A DNA stretch of 64,000 nucleotides from an uncultured bacterium (GTDB lineage Bacteria > Patescibacteriota > Minisyncoccia > Phycocordibacterales > GCA-2401445), in contig CALFYW010000055.1 of assembly GCA_937952265.1 (NCBI GenBank), positions 149,030-213,029 of the forward strand, read 5' to 3'. Positions 38,726 through 49,436 of this stretch are shown here, one piece after another. A program made the translations under genes and the position numbers. Numbering within the stretch: the stretch's first letter is position 1; each line of letters begins with the position of its first letter. A model generated the notes under the pieces. The model saw only the letters and a program-made list of their open reading frames with translations, ran no database searches and had not been told where the DNA came from.

Positions 38726-41700
38726 ATGCCGTCTCATTTTGTACATCTACATGTCCACACCCACTATAGCCTCCTGGGCGCGCTTCCCAAAATCCCCGAA
38801 TTAGTTAAAAAGGCAAAAGAATACGGCATGTCCTCCCTTGCGATCACTGATAACGGAAACTTATACGGAGCAATTGAATTCTATAAAGAGTGTAGGAAGG
38901 CCGATATTAAACCTATTATCGGTGTTGACGCGTATGTGGCAGCACGTACGCGCCATGACAAACAAACCGGTATTGATAATCGAAGAACCAGAGTGGTGCT
39001 TCTTGCAAAAGATCTTGAAGGATACCGTAATCTAATCTCTCTTATTACCAAAGCGAATCTTGAAGGTTTTTACTATAAACCACGAATTGATCTTGAATTG
39101 CTCGCATCACATCGAAGTGGCTTAATTGCAATTATTCCTGCTTCAAACAGCACTCTTTCCATAGCAGTTGAACAGAATGATCGCCAGGAGATCGAGCGGA
39201 TTACCACGTGGTATCAAAAGTATTTTCGAGAAAAGGTATATGTAGAGATCACCCATCACCCACATATTGAAGGACATACTGAGAAGATGGAGCGTCTCTA
39301 TAAAATTGCACAGGAGGCTAGCATTCCTGTCGTTGCATCGCAAAACGTCTTTTATCTTAACAAAGACGATCAAAAAGCCTGGGAAACGCTTCTTTCTGTA
39401 CAAACCAATCAAGCAAGCCAGGATCGGCAATTCGAAGCACAGGATGACTTCTCTTTTATTTCCGGAGAAACCATTGAATCTTTCTTCAAAGAAAATCCGA
39501 AGGCGGTTGAAAATAGTGCAATAATTGCAGAGCAGTGCAATCTCGACCTCTCTCTCGGTTCATGGGTATTCCCTCAATATGTCACCGAAAAAGGCCAATC
39601 GTACGAATCAGCATTAAGGAGTCTGGTTGAGAAGGGGTTGGTTGAACGATCTATTACAAACACCAAGGAAGTGAGTGATCGAATTGATTATGAACTTGAT
39701 ATTATTAATCGAAAAGGATACGCCCCCTATTTCTTGGTTGTTTCAGATCTCTTGCAATACGCTCGAAAGAATAAGATTTTTAGCACTACCCGTGGATCAG
39801 CTGCTGGCTCACTTGTCTCATATTTAACTTTTATTACCACCGTAAATCCGCTCGAGTACAAACTCCCCTTTGAACGATTTCTCAATCCACATCGCCCATC
39901 ACCTCCAGATATTGATATGGACATCGCGGATAATCGCCGTGACGAAATGATTGAGTATGTACGTAACCGATATGGCGACGATAAAGTTGCCCAGATTGGA
40001 ACATTTGGAACTATGATGGCCCGGGGATCAGTGCGCGATGTTGCTCGGGCACTAGGATTCCCTTATGAGGTAGGAGACCGTATTGCCAAATTAATCCCTA
40101 TGGGATCGCAAGGGTTTCCTATGACGCTTGATATTGCCCTTGAGAAGATCCCTGAATTGGCATCGATGTACAAAAAAGACGCACCAACAAAGCAAATTAT
40201 TGATATGGCAAAGAAGATTGAAGGATGTGCGCGCCATATCTCAGTGCACGCAGCGGGTGTCGTCATTGCCCCAAAGCCACTTACTGATTTTGTACCCCTC
40301 CAACTCGACCCTAAAGGAGAAAATAAAGTTATTACTCAATACGACATGCATGCTGTTGAGGATGCGGGTTTGCTTAAATTCGACTTTCTTGGAATCCGAA
40401 ATCTCTCTATTCTCGCGGATGCCGTTGAAAAAGTAGCATTACTCGAAGGAAAAGAGATCGATATTGAGAATATTCCGCTTGATGATAAAGCTACGTTTAA
40501 CCTTCTTGCGCAAGGAGAGACGACGGGGATTTTTCAGCTTAATGGGTCGGGTATGACGCGCCATCTTAAAGAGCTCCAACCAAGCACGATTCATGACATC
40601 AATGCAATGGTTGCGCTCTATCGCCCAGGACCTATGGAGGTAATCCCTGAATATATTCGCCGGAAAAACAATAAAGCGCTCGTCTCATACCTTGACCCAC
40701 GAATGAAGCGCTACCTCGAAGAATCCTATGGTCTGATTGTCTATCAGGATGACCTTCTCTTTTCCGCCGTTGAACTTGCAGGGTATAGTTGGGCTGAAGC
40801 AGATAAATTTCGAAAAGCAGTTGGGAAAAAAATTCCCGCGGAAATGGCAGCTCAAAAAGAAAAATTCAGCAAAGGAATTGTTGAAAATGGACAAACAAAA
40901 GAATTTGCTGAAAAACTCTGGAAACTGTTTGAGCCTTTTCAAGCCTATGGTTTCAACAAAGCCCATGCCGCAAGCTATGGCCGTGTTGCCTACCAAACCG
41001 CATACATGAAAGCAAATTATCCGGCAATCTACATGGCTTCAATACTCACCGCGGAATCTGGAGACGTTGAAAAAATCGGTGAAGTCGTTGCAGAGTGTAG
41101 TCGAATGAATATCCCCGTACTTCCACCAAGCATCAATGAAAGTTTTGAAGGGTTCACCGTGGTTAAAGGAGACATCGATAGTATTCGATTCGGGCTCACG
41201 ACAATTAAAAATTTTGGCGAGGGTATCGCGCACGTTATCATACAAGAAAGAGAACAACACGGACGTTTCAAATCACTCATGGATTTCCTCGAACGTATTA
41301 CAGACCGAAATCTCAATAAGAAATCACTTGAATCTTTAATTAAAGCTGGGGCTCTCGATGATTTTGAAGATCGTGGCCGCCTTCTCGGAAATCTCGATCT
41401 CTTGCTTGCATTTAACCGTGAGAAAATTAAACAAGACCAAAACCAAAACTCCCTATTTTCGACCTCATCCGAGAGTGGGCTCACTCTAAGTGCTACTAAT
41501 CCCATACCTGCTATTGAACGGCTCCAATGGGAAAAAGAGCTTCTCGGCCTTTATATTTCTGGACACCCGCTTGAATCCTACCAAAAATCACTTCATGGTA
41601 TTCCAAGCATTGATCAGGTAAAGAGTAATCTTCGTGAAGGCGTTACAGGTGTTGTTGCAGGTATTGTGGAAGAAGTGCGAATGGTCTACACCAAAAAAAA

Positions 41701-41911
41701 TGAGGCGATGGGTTTTGTTCGCATTTCTGACACTTCCTCAGGGATTGAGATGGTATTTTTCCCTAAAGTTTATCAAGAATATCAAGAGCACCTCTCTCCA
41801 GGAAATGCAATTAAGATACAAGGGCGACTCTCTAACCGAAATGGAACCCAAAGCATTATTGTTGAGAAACTAAAACCGCTTGAAAGAGACACCGAGCGCA
41901 CGAGCGTGTAA
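38726..41911 (+). CDS. dnaE: DNA polymerase III alpha subunit
   Basis: N-terminal PHP domain (HLHVHTHYSLL), polymerase core and OB domain. 1061 aa. Confidence 0.95.
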   Translation: MPSHFVHLHVHTHYSLLGALPKIPELVKKAKEYGMSSLAITDNGNLYGAIEFYKECRKADIKPIIGVDAYVAARTRHDKQTGIDNRRTRVVLLAKDLEGYRNLISLITKANLEGFYYKPRIDLELLASHRSGLIAIIPASNSTLSIAVEQNDRQEIERITTWYQKYFREKVYVEITHHPHIEGHTEKMERLYKIAQEASIPVVASQNVFYLNKDDQKAWETLLSVQTNQASQDRQFEAQDDFSFISGETIESFFKENPKAVENSAIIAEQCNLDLSLGSWVFPQYVTEKGQSYESALRSLVEKGLVERSITNTKEVSDRIDYELDIINRKGYAPYFLVVSDLLQYARKNKIFSTTRGSAAGSLVSYLTFITTVNPLEYKLPFERFLNPHRPSPPDIDMDIADNRRDEMIEYVRNRYGDDKVAQIGTFGTMMARGSVRDVARALGFPYEVGDRIAKLIPMGSQGFPMTLDIALEKIPELASMYKKDAPTKQIIDMAKKIEGCARHISVHAAGVVIAPKPLTDFVPLQLDPKGENKVITQYDMHAVEDAGLLKFDFLGIRNLSILADAVEKVALLEGKEIDIENIPLDDKATFNLLAQGETTGIFQLNGSGMTRHLKELQPSTIHDINAMVALYRPGPMEVIPEYIRRKNNKALVSYLDPRMKRYLEESYGLIVYQDDLLFSAVELAGYSWAEADKFRKAVGKKIPAEMAAQKEKFSKGIVENGQTKEFAEKLWKLFEPFQAYGFNKAHAASYGRVAYQTAYMKANYPAIYMASILTAESGDVEKIGEVVAECSRMNIPVLPPSINESFEGFTVVKGDIDSIRFGLTTIKNFGEGIAHVIIQEREQHGRFKSLMDFLERITDRNLNKKSLESLIKAGALDDFEDRGRLLGNLDLLLAFNREKIKQDQNQNSLFSTSSESGLTLSATNPIPAIERLQWEKELLGLYISGHPLESYQKSLHGIPSIDQVKSNLREGVTGVVAGIVEEVRMVYTKKNEAMGFVRISDTSSGIEMVFFPKVYQEYQEHLSPGNAIKIQGRLSNRNGTQSIIVEKLKPLERDTERTSV

Positions 41912-41920
41912 TTGACCAGC

Positions 41921-41952
41921 ATAAAAAAACGCCCAGAGAGGGCGATTTTTTA
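41921..41952. terminator. Bidirectional intrinsic terminator after dnaE, overlapping the stop of the convergent ORF
   Basis: aaaaaaacgccc-agaga-gggcg-atttttta: GC stem flanked by an A tract and a T tract. Confidence 0.5.
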
Positions 41953-42501
41953 TGCGTAACGCTTTAGTTGCATTTTTCTAAATCGAATCATTCGAGCTGA
42001 TTGGAGAACTTTCTTTCCTTTCTTTATAACAAGCGCGCTTAAAAGCAAAATGATGCTTCCGAGCACCGCATGAGAGGTGGTCAGCGTATATCCGGTATAC
42101 GGAATTTGGGTAAGCGGAACTCCTGTTATTAAAGCACTCGTAACTATTTGGCTTGTGTGAATATTACTCGTAACAATACCACTCGTTACGATTCCGCTTG
42201 TTACGATATTTCCGGCAGTAATTCCGCTACTCGTAATGGATCCATGAGGAGAAACCCTACTCGTTTTAATATGGCTTGTTTTGATATTTCCCGGAATAGA
42301 GCTTCCCGTTCCAGGAGAAGAAGTAATAATACCGGAACCTAACACACCGCTCGTATAGACACGTTCCTGAGGATCAATTTCTCCTACACGAATAGCACTC
42401 GTATAGATACAAGAAATACGGCAAGCCTCTGAAGAAGCCCCGCTTATTCCCGGGAAGAGTAGGATAAGCACGATGAGTGTCGAGAGAATAATTTTTTTCA
42501 T
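41950..42501 (-). CDS. Secreted repeat-containing surface protein; candidate sortase substrate (signal peptide, TS-rich tandem repeats, C-terminal IPYTG-like motif, TM and basic tail)
   Basis: N-terminal signal peptide MKKIILSTLIVLILLFPGISGA. Repeats ITSSGITAGNIVTSGIVTSGIVTSNIHTSQIVTS. C-terminus ...IPYTGYTL...LGSIILLLSALVIKKGKK resembles a cell-wall sorting signal. Translationally coupled to the sortase gene. Confidence 0.6.
   Translation of the reverse strand: MKKIILSTLIVLILLFPGISGASSEACRISCIYTSAIRVGEIDPQERVYTSGVLGSGIITSSPGTGSSIPGNIKTSHIKTSRVSPHGSITSSGITAGNIVTSGIVTSGIVTSNIHTSQIVTSALITGVPLTQIPYTGYTLTTSHAVLGSIILLLSALVIKKGKKVLQSARMIRFRKMQLKRYA
42130..42300. repeat. Intragenic tandem DNA repeats (units about 15-18 nt, such as actcgtaac/actcgttacgat) encoding the TSGIV peptide repeats
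   Basis: Repeated actcgt(a/t)ac motifs visible at about 42137, 42166, 42181, 42196, 42226 and 42258. Confidence 0.5.
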
Positions 42502-42504
42502 AGA

Positions 42505-43092
42505 TTAATTTTTTGGATATACCTTAATGAGCACCCCTTCAACAATATACCGGTCATTTTTATCCCCTAACGAATTACACGTTACGAGAGTAAGATCGAT
42601 ATCTTTCTCTGAAAAATCAATGTAACTGTCTTCTACCTTAGAGAGCGACACTCGCTTCACGGAGTATTCATAAACATGAGTTTGAGAAGAGATGATGATT
42701 TGCGCTCCTGTTTTCAAGTGATTAATACCATTGAATGCTTTATAGTTTTGGTTATAGACCACAGGAAGATGGCTAGTGTGCCCAAAGATAAGCATATTGC
42801 CATCCTCTCCCAAAAGCGGAGAGTGGGGGTAGCGTACCGCTCCTCGGGTAAGCGCTTGGTCAAGTACCGCGATATTCTGCTCAACTGGATTCTCTATTGA
42901 AACTGAGATTCCTTGTGAAGGAATAGAGAGACGCAACGGAAGCGCTGAGAGAGAATCAAAATCCTGAGTAGAGATATTTTTGGAGGTTGCGGGCGCTACG
43001 AAAAAGAAAAGAAAGGAGAAAAGCGCCACGAAAAACATCCAGAGCAAAAGAAGCCCTGTTTTTCGGCACAGATTTTTAATAACATTATTCAT
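42505..43092 (-). CDS. Sortase (class A/E-like transpeptidase). ORF track start is 43161; Met at 43092 is preferred because a consensus promoter lies immediately upstream.
   Basis: Catalytic His (LIFGHTSH), Cys (LTLVTCNS) and Arg (DRYIVEGVL). N-terminal TM anchor. Confidence 0.8.
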   Translation of the reverse strand: MNNVIKNLCRKTGLLLLWMFFVALFSFLFFFVAPATSKNISTQDFDSLSALPLRLSIPSQGISVSIENPVEQNIAVLDQALTRGAVRYPHSPLLGEDGNMLIFGHTSHLPVVYNQNYKAFNGINHLKTGAQIIISSQTHVYEYSVKRVSLSKVEDSYIDFSEKDIDLTLVTCNSLGDKNDRYIVEGVLIKVYPKN

Positions 43093-43098
43093 ATATAT

Positions 43099-43127
43099 AT
43101 TATACACTATATATATGGATATGTCAA
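43099..43127 (-). promoter_or_regulatory. Consensus sigma-70 promoter for the sortase operon, producing a leaderless or near-leaderless mRNA
   Basis: Minus strand reads TTGACA, then a 17-nt spacer, then TATAAT, then atatat, then the sortase ATG. Confidence 0.55.
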
Positions 43128-43184
43128 TTATTAGGTAGTGGTTTACCACCCTAATAAACACACGGCTTGCTTAGTAACTAAATC

Positions 43185-43245
43185 CCCTCCCCACCAGTCA
43201 ACCTGCCAGGTTGACTGGTGGGGAGGGCTTATTTGCTGGTTTTTA
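43185..43245. terminator. 43-bp GC-rich perfect palindrome (21-bp arms around a single C) followed by a T run; strong bidirectional terminator-like element at the left edge of the GC-rich island
   Basis: ccctccccaccagtcaacctg c caggttgactggtggggaggg, then cttatttgctggttttt. Confidence 0.6.
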
Positions 43246-43282
43246 AAGTATGCCCGAGGTCAAATCTCAGGCAGGATGCTAA

Positions 43283-43311
43283 TTGACACTATTATAATAA
43301 TCTTGTAGTAT
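43283..43311 (+). promoter_or_regulatory. Putative sigma-70 promoter driving the GC-rich gene
   Basis: TTGACA, then 17 nt, then TAGTAT. It sits in AT-rich DNA immediately before the base composition switches to GC-rich at about 43320. Confidence 0.4.
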
Positions 43312-43319
43312 TTTTTTAG

Positions 43320-43463
43320 TTACGCACCTTGTAAGAAGCAAAGTATCTGCCATAGCAGAAAGTGTCTGATTCCTCGGGCCTTTTCTGCTATGGCAAACCT
43401 GCAATAAGCAGTCAGGCCCACTGGCAAAAATCGCGACTTTCTGTCGCAGAAGAGGAGACTACC
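43320..43463 (+). ncRNA. Structured 5' leader of the GC-rich gene: 13-bp long-range inverted repeat gccatagcagaaa/tttctgctatggc plus smaller stem-loops, ending in a strong Shine-Dalgarno AGGAG
   Basis: Inverted repeats at 43340-43352 and 43383-43395. ctgcaataagcag mini-hairpin. AGGAG sits 6 nt before the ATG at 43464. Class unknown; possible riboregulator or attenuator. Confidence 0.3.
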
Positions 43464-44036
43464 ATGAGTGAGGTTACTCTCGATGTCGGCCTGGCTTACA
43501 AGATTAAGCAAGCTCTTTCCCGCAACGGAATCCCCGACGTTGCCGACCTTGATTGGCTGGTAACTGGCGACAACATCGCCAAGATGCGTCGGGTGCGACT
43601 CGGCCACGCCGAAATCGTCATCACCGAGCATGTGATCGACTGCGACGCCGAGCCGCTCATCCCGGACCGCTGGTATGTCGAGGAGCACCAGAAAGGCGGT
43701 GCATTCAAGTGGAGCGCCGAAGGCGTGACGCTCTATCTCGACAAGAGGCAGAAAAACGGAAAGTGGATCGATGGAAACGAACTCCGCCAAGCGCTGGCAA
43801 TGAAGCCAGTACTGAACGCCAATGTTCTCGATTACCTGCTCGCCCATCCGCACCTCATTCCCGAGGAGTGGAAGGACAAGGCCGTTTTCTTTTGGGGAAC
43901 GATCTACCGCGAGTGGAACGGCGACCCCTACGTCCGTTACCTCGACTGGTACGGCGATAGGTGGGGCTGGAGCGCCCGCTTGCTCGACGGCGACTGGAGC
44001 GATGTCTACAACACCGCCGCGGTTCCTGCAAGCTGA
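43464..44036 (+). CDS. Hypothetical Trp-rich protein (190 aa) encoded in a GC-rich (55-67% GC), compositionally foreign segment
   Basis: Strong RBS and ATG. ORF MSEVTLDVGLAYKIKQALSRNGIPDVADLDWLVTGDN...YLDWYGDRWGWSARLLDGDWSDVY. Followed by a canonical intrinsic terminator. No family recognised. Confidence 0.6.
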   Translation: MSEVTLDVGLAYKIKQALSRNGIPDVADLDWLVTGDNIAKMRRVRLGHAEIVITEHVIDCDAEPLIPDRWYVEEHQKGGAFKWSAEGVTLYLDKRQKNGKWIDGNELRQALAMKPVLNANVLDYLLAHPHLIPEEWKDKAVFFWGTIYREWNGDPYVRYLDWYGDRWGWSARLLDGDWSDVYNTAAVPAS

Positions 44037-44074
44037 ACTCGACTTTGGATTTTTGAGTTGTTGCACTTGAATCC

Positions 44075-44104
44075 TTTGTCCTTGGCTCCGCGCTTCGCGC
44101 GGGG
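44075..44104 (+). terminator. Intrinsic terminator of the GC-rich gene
   Basis: 10-bp GC stem ggctccgcgc / gcgcggggcc with a ttc(g) loop, followed by TTTTTT. Confidence 0.65.
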
Positions 44105-44116
44105 CCTTTTTTGAAG

Positions 44117-46171
<2,055 letters not shown>

Positions 46172-46233
46172 TCACTGAAAATATCAGTATTGGTCTCCCC
46201 AGTATACCAAAAATAGGTCTTTAATTCAACCAA

Positions 46234-48180
46234 TTATCGCACCTGCCAACCGCTTATTTCTTCTACTTTCTGGCTTATTTTCCCCATACAATCATTGACT
46301 TCAGCATCAGAAAGTGTCTTCGCGTAATCTTGGAATATAAGGCGAAAAGCATAAGAGACGCGGTCATCCTTTTTGAACGTGTCAAAAATATAGAGCTTCT
46401 GAAGCCGCACCCCGGCATGCTCCATGATGAGTTTGGAAACATGAGAGGAGGTTACTTCTTCTGGTACAAAGATAGCGATATCGCGAACCACAAACGGATA
46501 TACTGAAGGCTTGCGATAGACTACCCCCTCTTTTCCTGCCGGGAGCATACTGAGTAATTGATCGGGCGACTCTTCCAACTGTAGAGGAGCCTCTTTCGGT
46601 GCCTCCGTAAGCGAAAACTTATAGATGAGAATGCCATCCTTCACGGTGCTCTCTTTTTCAATTGGAGGTAATACCATTGAAAATGTATTTTCGATCGCGC
46701 CCCGAACTTGGTGAAGAATACTATCCGTATTGAGTTTATTATTTTTTATTCCCGATATCGCAAGCGCAACCGATGTATGTTCTCCTTCTTTTGGGAATAC
46801 CGTTCCAATCTCGAAAGCGTGTATCGCTTCCACGCCAAGAAGATCCTGATTGTGCACGTTCCGAACCATCGCCTCAAAGAGGGTGTCTTTAAGCGAAGCG
46901 CGTAGAAAGGCTCGGTCCTTTGCGATTGGGTTTAATAATTTCTGCACCCCTTCTGGAGCAAATGAGCTTGTGTAAAGCTCAGAAAATCCTTGTTGGATAA
47001 GAAAAACTTTTAAACGATTCTCATAGGAAAAATGAAAATCGAGTGGCATATCTCCTTTTTCTTTTTTAGGAAGCACTCCTTTCACATGCTCGTATCCATA
47101 GATACGCCCAACTTCATCTATAATATCTTCGGCGATCACAACATCAGCCCGTTCTGGAGGAGGGTTACTCACCACAAAACCATTATCAATGCGCGGTTCC
47201 ATCTCTAATTGAGTTAGAATTCCGAGAATTTCTTCTTCACGAAGCGAAATACCGAGCACCTCTTCAAAGAGAGTAAGTGAAGTTTTTACGCTGACCTGGG
47301 AAGGTTTTGAAGGAAACCAGTCATATCGAGATCCAAAACGCGCGTCAGGAAAAAAGTGGTGTATATATGAGATGAACTGATCAATACCTTTCTCCGCGCG
47401 AAACGGATTAACCTTGTTTTCAAAACGTTTTGCCGCGTCACTTAAAAGATTCAATCGGCGCGCTGTCTTTCTAATAGCCACTGAATCAAAATTTGCAGAT
47501 TCAATAATCACCGCATTTGTCGATGACGTAACTGCCGCACGTGCTCCTCCTTTAATCCCCGCAATGGCGAGTACTCCTTTTTTATCAGCAATCACTACAT
47601 CACTCTCTCCGAGCTCTCTTGGGCTTTCTTCACCAATTAGTAGAACTTCTTCCCCGTGAGAGGCAAAACGAATTACCAACTCACCATCCACCTTATCCGC
47701 GTCAAAGACATGGAGCGGTTGCCCCATATCAAACATGATGTAATTCGCCATATCAACTAAGGGATGAATTGATCGCTCATTGATACTCTGAAGCCTCTGC
47801 AGTATTTCAGTAAGGTCTGCTTTTAAAGGGAGCGCTATTCCTTCGACACGCTGAGCAATATAGCGCGTGGCCGGCACCCCATCCCGAACTGAAACCCGGA
47901 CTTCAGAAACCTCGTGGCTAATTGTTGGGGTTTTTAAAACACGCTCATGATAGGGAGTATTAAAGATTGCGTGAAGTTCATACGCGACGCCTTTATGGCA
48001 CAGCGCGTAGGAAGCACGGTCCGGAAGAATAGAGATATCAAAAATAGTATCTGTTTCTCCTTTTCTCACTTTTTCAATTTCAAAAGATCGGCGATTGAGA
48101 AAATCCGCAACCTCTTCTGCCTTGGGTAAAGGTTCTTTAAAAAATGAAGAAAGCCATTGATATGAATACGATGCCAGCAT
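46234..48180 (-). CDS. pheT: Phenylalanine--tRNA ligase beta subunit (short form)
   Basis: B3/B4 and B5 domains and C-terminal FDX-ACB domain. Translationally coupled downstream of pheS. Confidence 0.9.
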   Translation of the reverse strand: MLASYSYQWLSSFFKEPLPKAEEVADFLNRRSFEIEKVRKGETDTIFDISILPDRASYALCHKGVAYELHAIFNTPYHERVLKTPTISHEVSEVRVSVRDGVPATRYIAQRVEGIALPLKADLTEILQRLQSINERSIHPLVDMANYIMFDMGQPLHVFDADKVDGELVIRFASHGEEVLLIGEESPRELGESDVVIADKKGVLAIAGIKGGARAAVTSSTNAVIIESANFDSVAIRKTARRLNLLSDAAKRFENKVNPFRAEKGIDQFISYIHHFFPDARFGSRYDWFPSKPSQVSVKTSLTLFEEVLGISLREEEILGILTQLEMEPRIDNGFVVSNPPPERADVVIAEDIIDEVGRIYGYEHVKGVLPKKEKGDMPLDFHFSYENRLKVFLIQQGFSELYTSSFAPEGVQKLLNPIAKDRAFLRASLKDTLFEAMVRNVHNQDLLGVEAIHAFEIGTVFPKEGEHTSVALAISGIKNNKLNTDSILHQVRGAIENTFSMVLPPIEKESTVKDGILIYKFSLTEAPKEAPLQLEESPDQLLSMLPAGKEGVVYRKPSVYPFVVRDIAIFVPEEVTSSHVSKLIMEHAGVRLQKLYIFDTFKKDDRVSYAFRLIFQDYAKTLSDAEVNDCMGKISQKVEEISGWQVR

Positions 48181-48181
48181 A

Positions 48182-48874
48182 TTAAAATTGAGTTACGAGG
48201 CGGAGGTCTCCATTGTAGAATGCCCGAATATCATCGACGCCATACTTAAGCATGGTAAGCCGGTCGATACCGACTCCAAAGGCAAAACCTCTCCACGTAC
48301 CTGGATCAATACCCGCATTTTTTAATACTTGAGGGTGCACCATGCCCGCGCCAAGCACTTCAATCCATGGGCCACCATCACGCGAGACATCGATTTCTAC
48401 CCCCGGCTCAACGAAAGAAAAATAGCTTGGACGAAGGCGTAACGTAATATCAGTATCAAAAAACACACGCATAAAATACTCCAGAGTTCCGATAAGTTGA
48501 GGGAGTGAGGCGTCCTTACTAACTACCAACCCTTCAACTTGATGGAACTGCGCTTCGTGCGTACGGTCACTTGCCTCTTGTCGAAAAACTTTTCCAGGTG
48601 CAATAATTCGAAATGGCGGTTTATGTTTTTCCATAAAATGCATCTGCACCGAGGAAGTATGCGTGCGAAGTAGTTTTTCAGGCCCAAGCCAAAAAGTATC
48701 TTGAAGATCACGAGCCGGATGGTCCTTCGGAATATTGAGCGCGTCAAAGTTGTAGTACGGGGTTTCAAGCTCCGGACCGCGGGCAACACCAAATCCATGT
48801 TCATGGAAAATACGATACACATCAAAAATAACCTGGGTAATTGGATGAAGGTGCCCTTGTTCTTTACTCGCCAT
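48182..48874 (-). CDS. pheS: Phenylalanine--tRNA ligase alpha subunit (catalytic core only, no N-terminal coiled-coil)
   Basis: Class II motifs FRQEASDRTHEAQFHQVEG and GFAFGVGIDRLTMLKYGVDDIRAF. 230 aa. Confidence 0.9.
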   Translation of the reverse strand: MASKEQGHLHPITQVIFDVYRIFHEHGFGVARGPELETPYYNFDALNIPKDHPARDLQDTFWLGPEKLLRTHTSSVQMHFMEKHKPPFRIIAPGKVFRQEASDRTHEAQFHQVEGLVVSKDASLPQLIGTLEYFMRVFFDTDITLRLRPSYFSFVEPGVEIDVSRDGGPWIEVLGAGMVHPQVLKNAGIDPGTWRGFAFGVGIDRLTMLKYGVDDIRAFYNGDLRLVTQF

Positions 48875-48918
48875 GTAGGGGATTATATCAAAAAGTCTTG
48901 TCTCACCGAAATCTCTAG

Positions 48919-48991
48919 AGCCACCTGTCAGGCTTGAACTGACGACCTACGGTTTACAAAACCGTTGCTCTACCAACTGAGCTAAGGTGGC
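48919..48991 (-). tRNA. tRNA-Thr (anticodon UGU); CCA not encoded
   Basis: Minus-strand GCCACCTTAGCTCAGTTGGTAGAGCAACGGTTTTGTAAACCGTAGGTCGTCAGTTCAAGCCTGACAGGTGGCT. 7-bp acceptor stem, D arm, anticodon loop TTTGTAA, TTCAAGC T-loop. Confidence 0.85.
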
Positions 48992-49022
48992 ACGTAATCT
49001 GAAATCTTGCTCCAAATACACC

Positions 49023-49415
49023 CTACTCTTTTCTGTCTCCTAAATCACGCAAGGTCTGTTTGTATTCAGACACATTTTGAAGGAAAAAAGAAGCAGAACC
49101 TTTTTTCTTAAGACTTCCTTTCCCTCGAATAAGATCGAGAACACGTACCAATTTCTTCTCAAGAAAGATACGTACCTGTTGAATAATGTGCCAAAAGAGG
49201 TTAACTGACTGCGTTAATATCATTGAGAGGGAACGCTCAAAAAAATAGTATCCACTCCGTATAAGACGCATGCTACCTCGCTTAATAAAGCGGTCGAGTT
49301 GTTCCCTTTTCTCTCCAAGAAACTTTACCCCCTTTCGGTTTTCCCACCAACGGAAAAAAGACAAAGAGATGATTCCCAAAAATGAAATCACAAAAAAAGA
49401 AAAAGCAATTCCCAT
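49023..49415 (-). CDS. Hypothetical membrane protein (N-terminal TM, basic C-terminal region)
   Basis: ORF only. Confidence 0.45.
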   Translation of the reverse strand: MGIAFSFFVISFLGIISLSFFRWWENRKGVKFLGEKREQLDRFIKRGSMRLIRSGYYFFERSLSMILTQSVNLFWHIIQQVRIFLEKKLVRVLDLIRGKGSLKKKGSASFFLQNVSEYKQTLRDLGDRKE

Positions 49416-49436
49416 ATATTTTTAATTATGACAGAA

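Noticed and set aside
30165-43161. Longer N-terminal extensions given by the ORF track for rnr (30165), the pilin (38213), the sortase (43161), the PfkB kinase (55058), tkt-C (57447) and dacA (2984)
   Set aside because: The upstream extensions overlap neighbouring genes or promoters and lack RBS. Internal Met codons give gene starts consistent with operon spacing.
43320-44066. 248-aa minus-strand ORF covering the whole GC-rich island
   Set aside because: It is the antisense of the plus-strand gene in high-GC DNA, where stop codons are rare. It has no RBS, whereas the plus-strand ORF has a perfect SD and a terminator.
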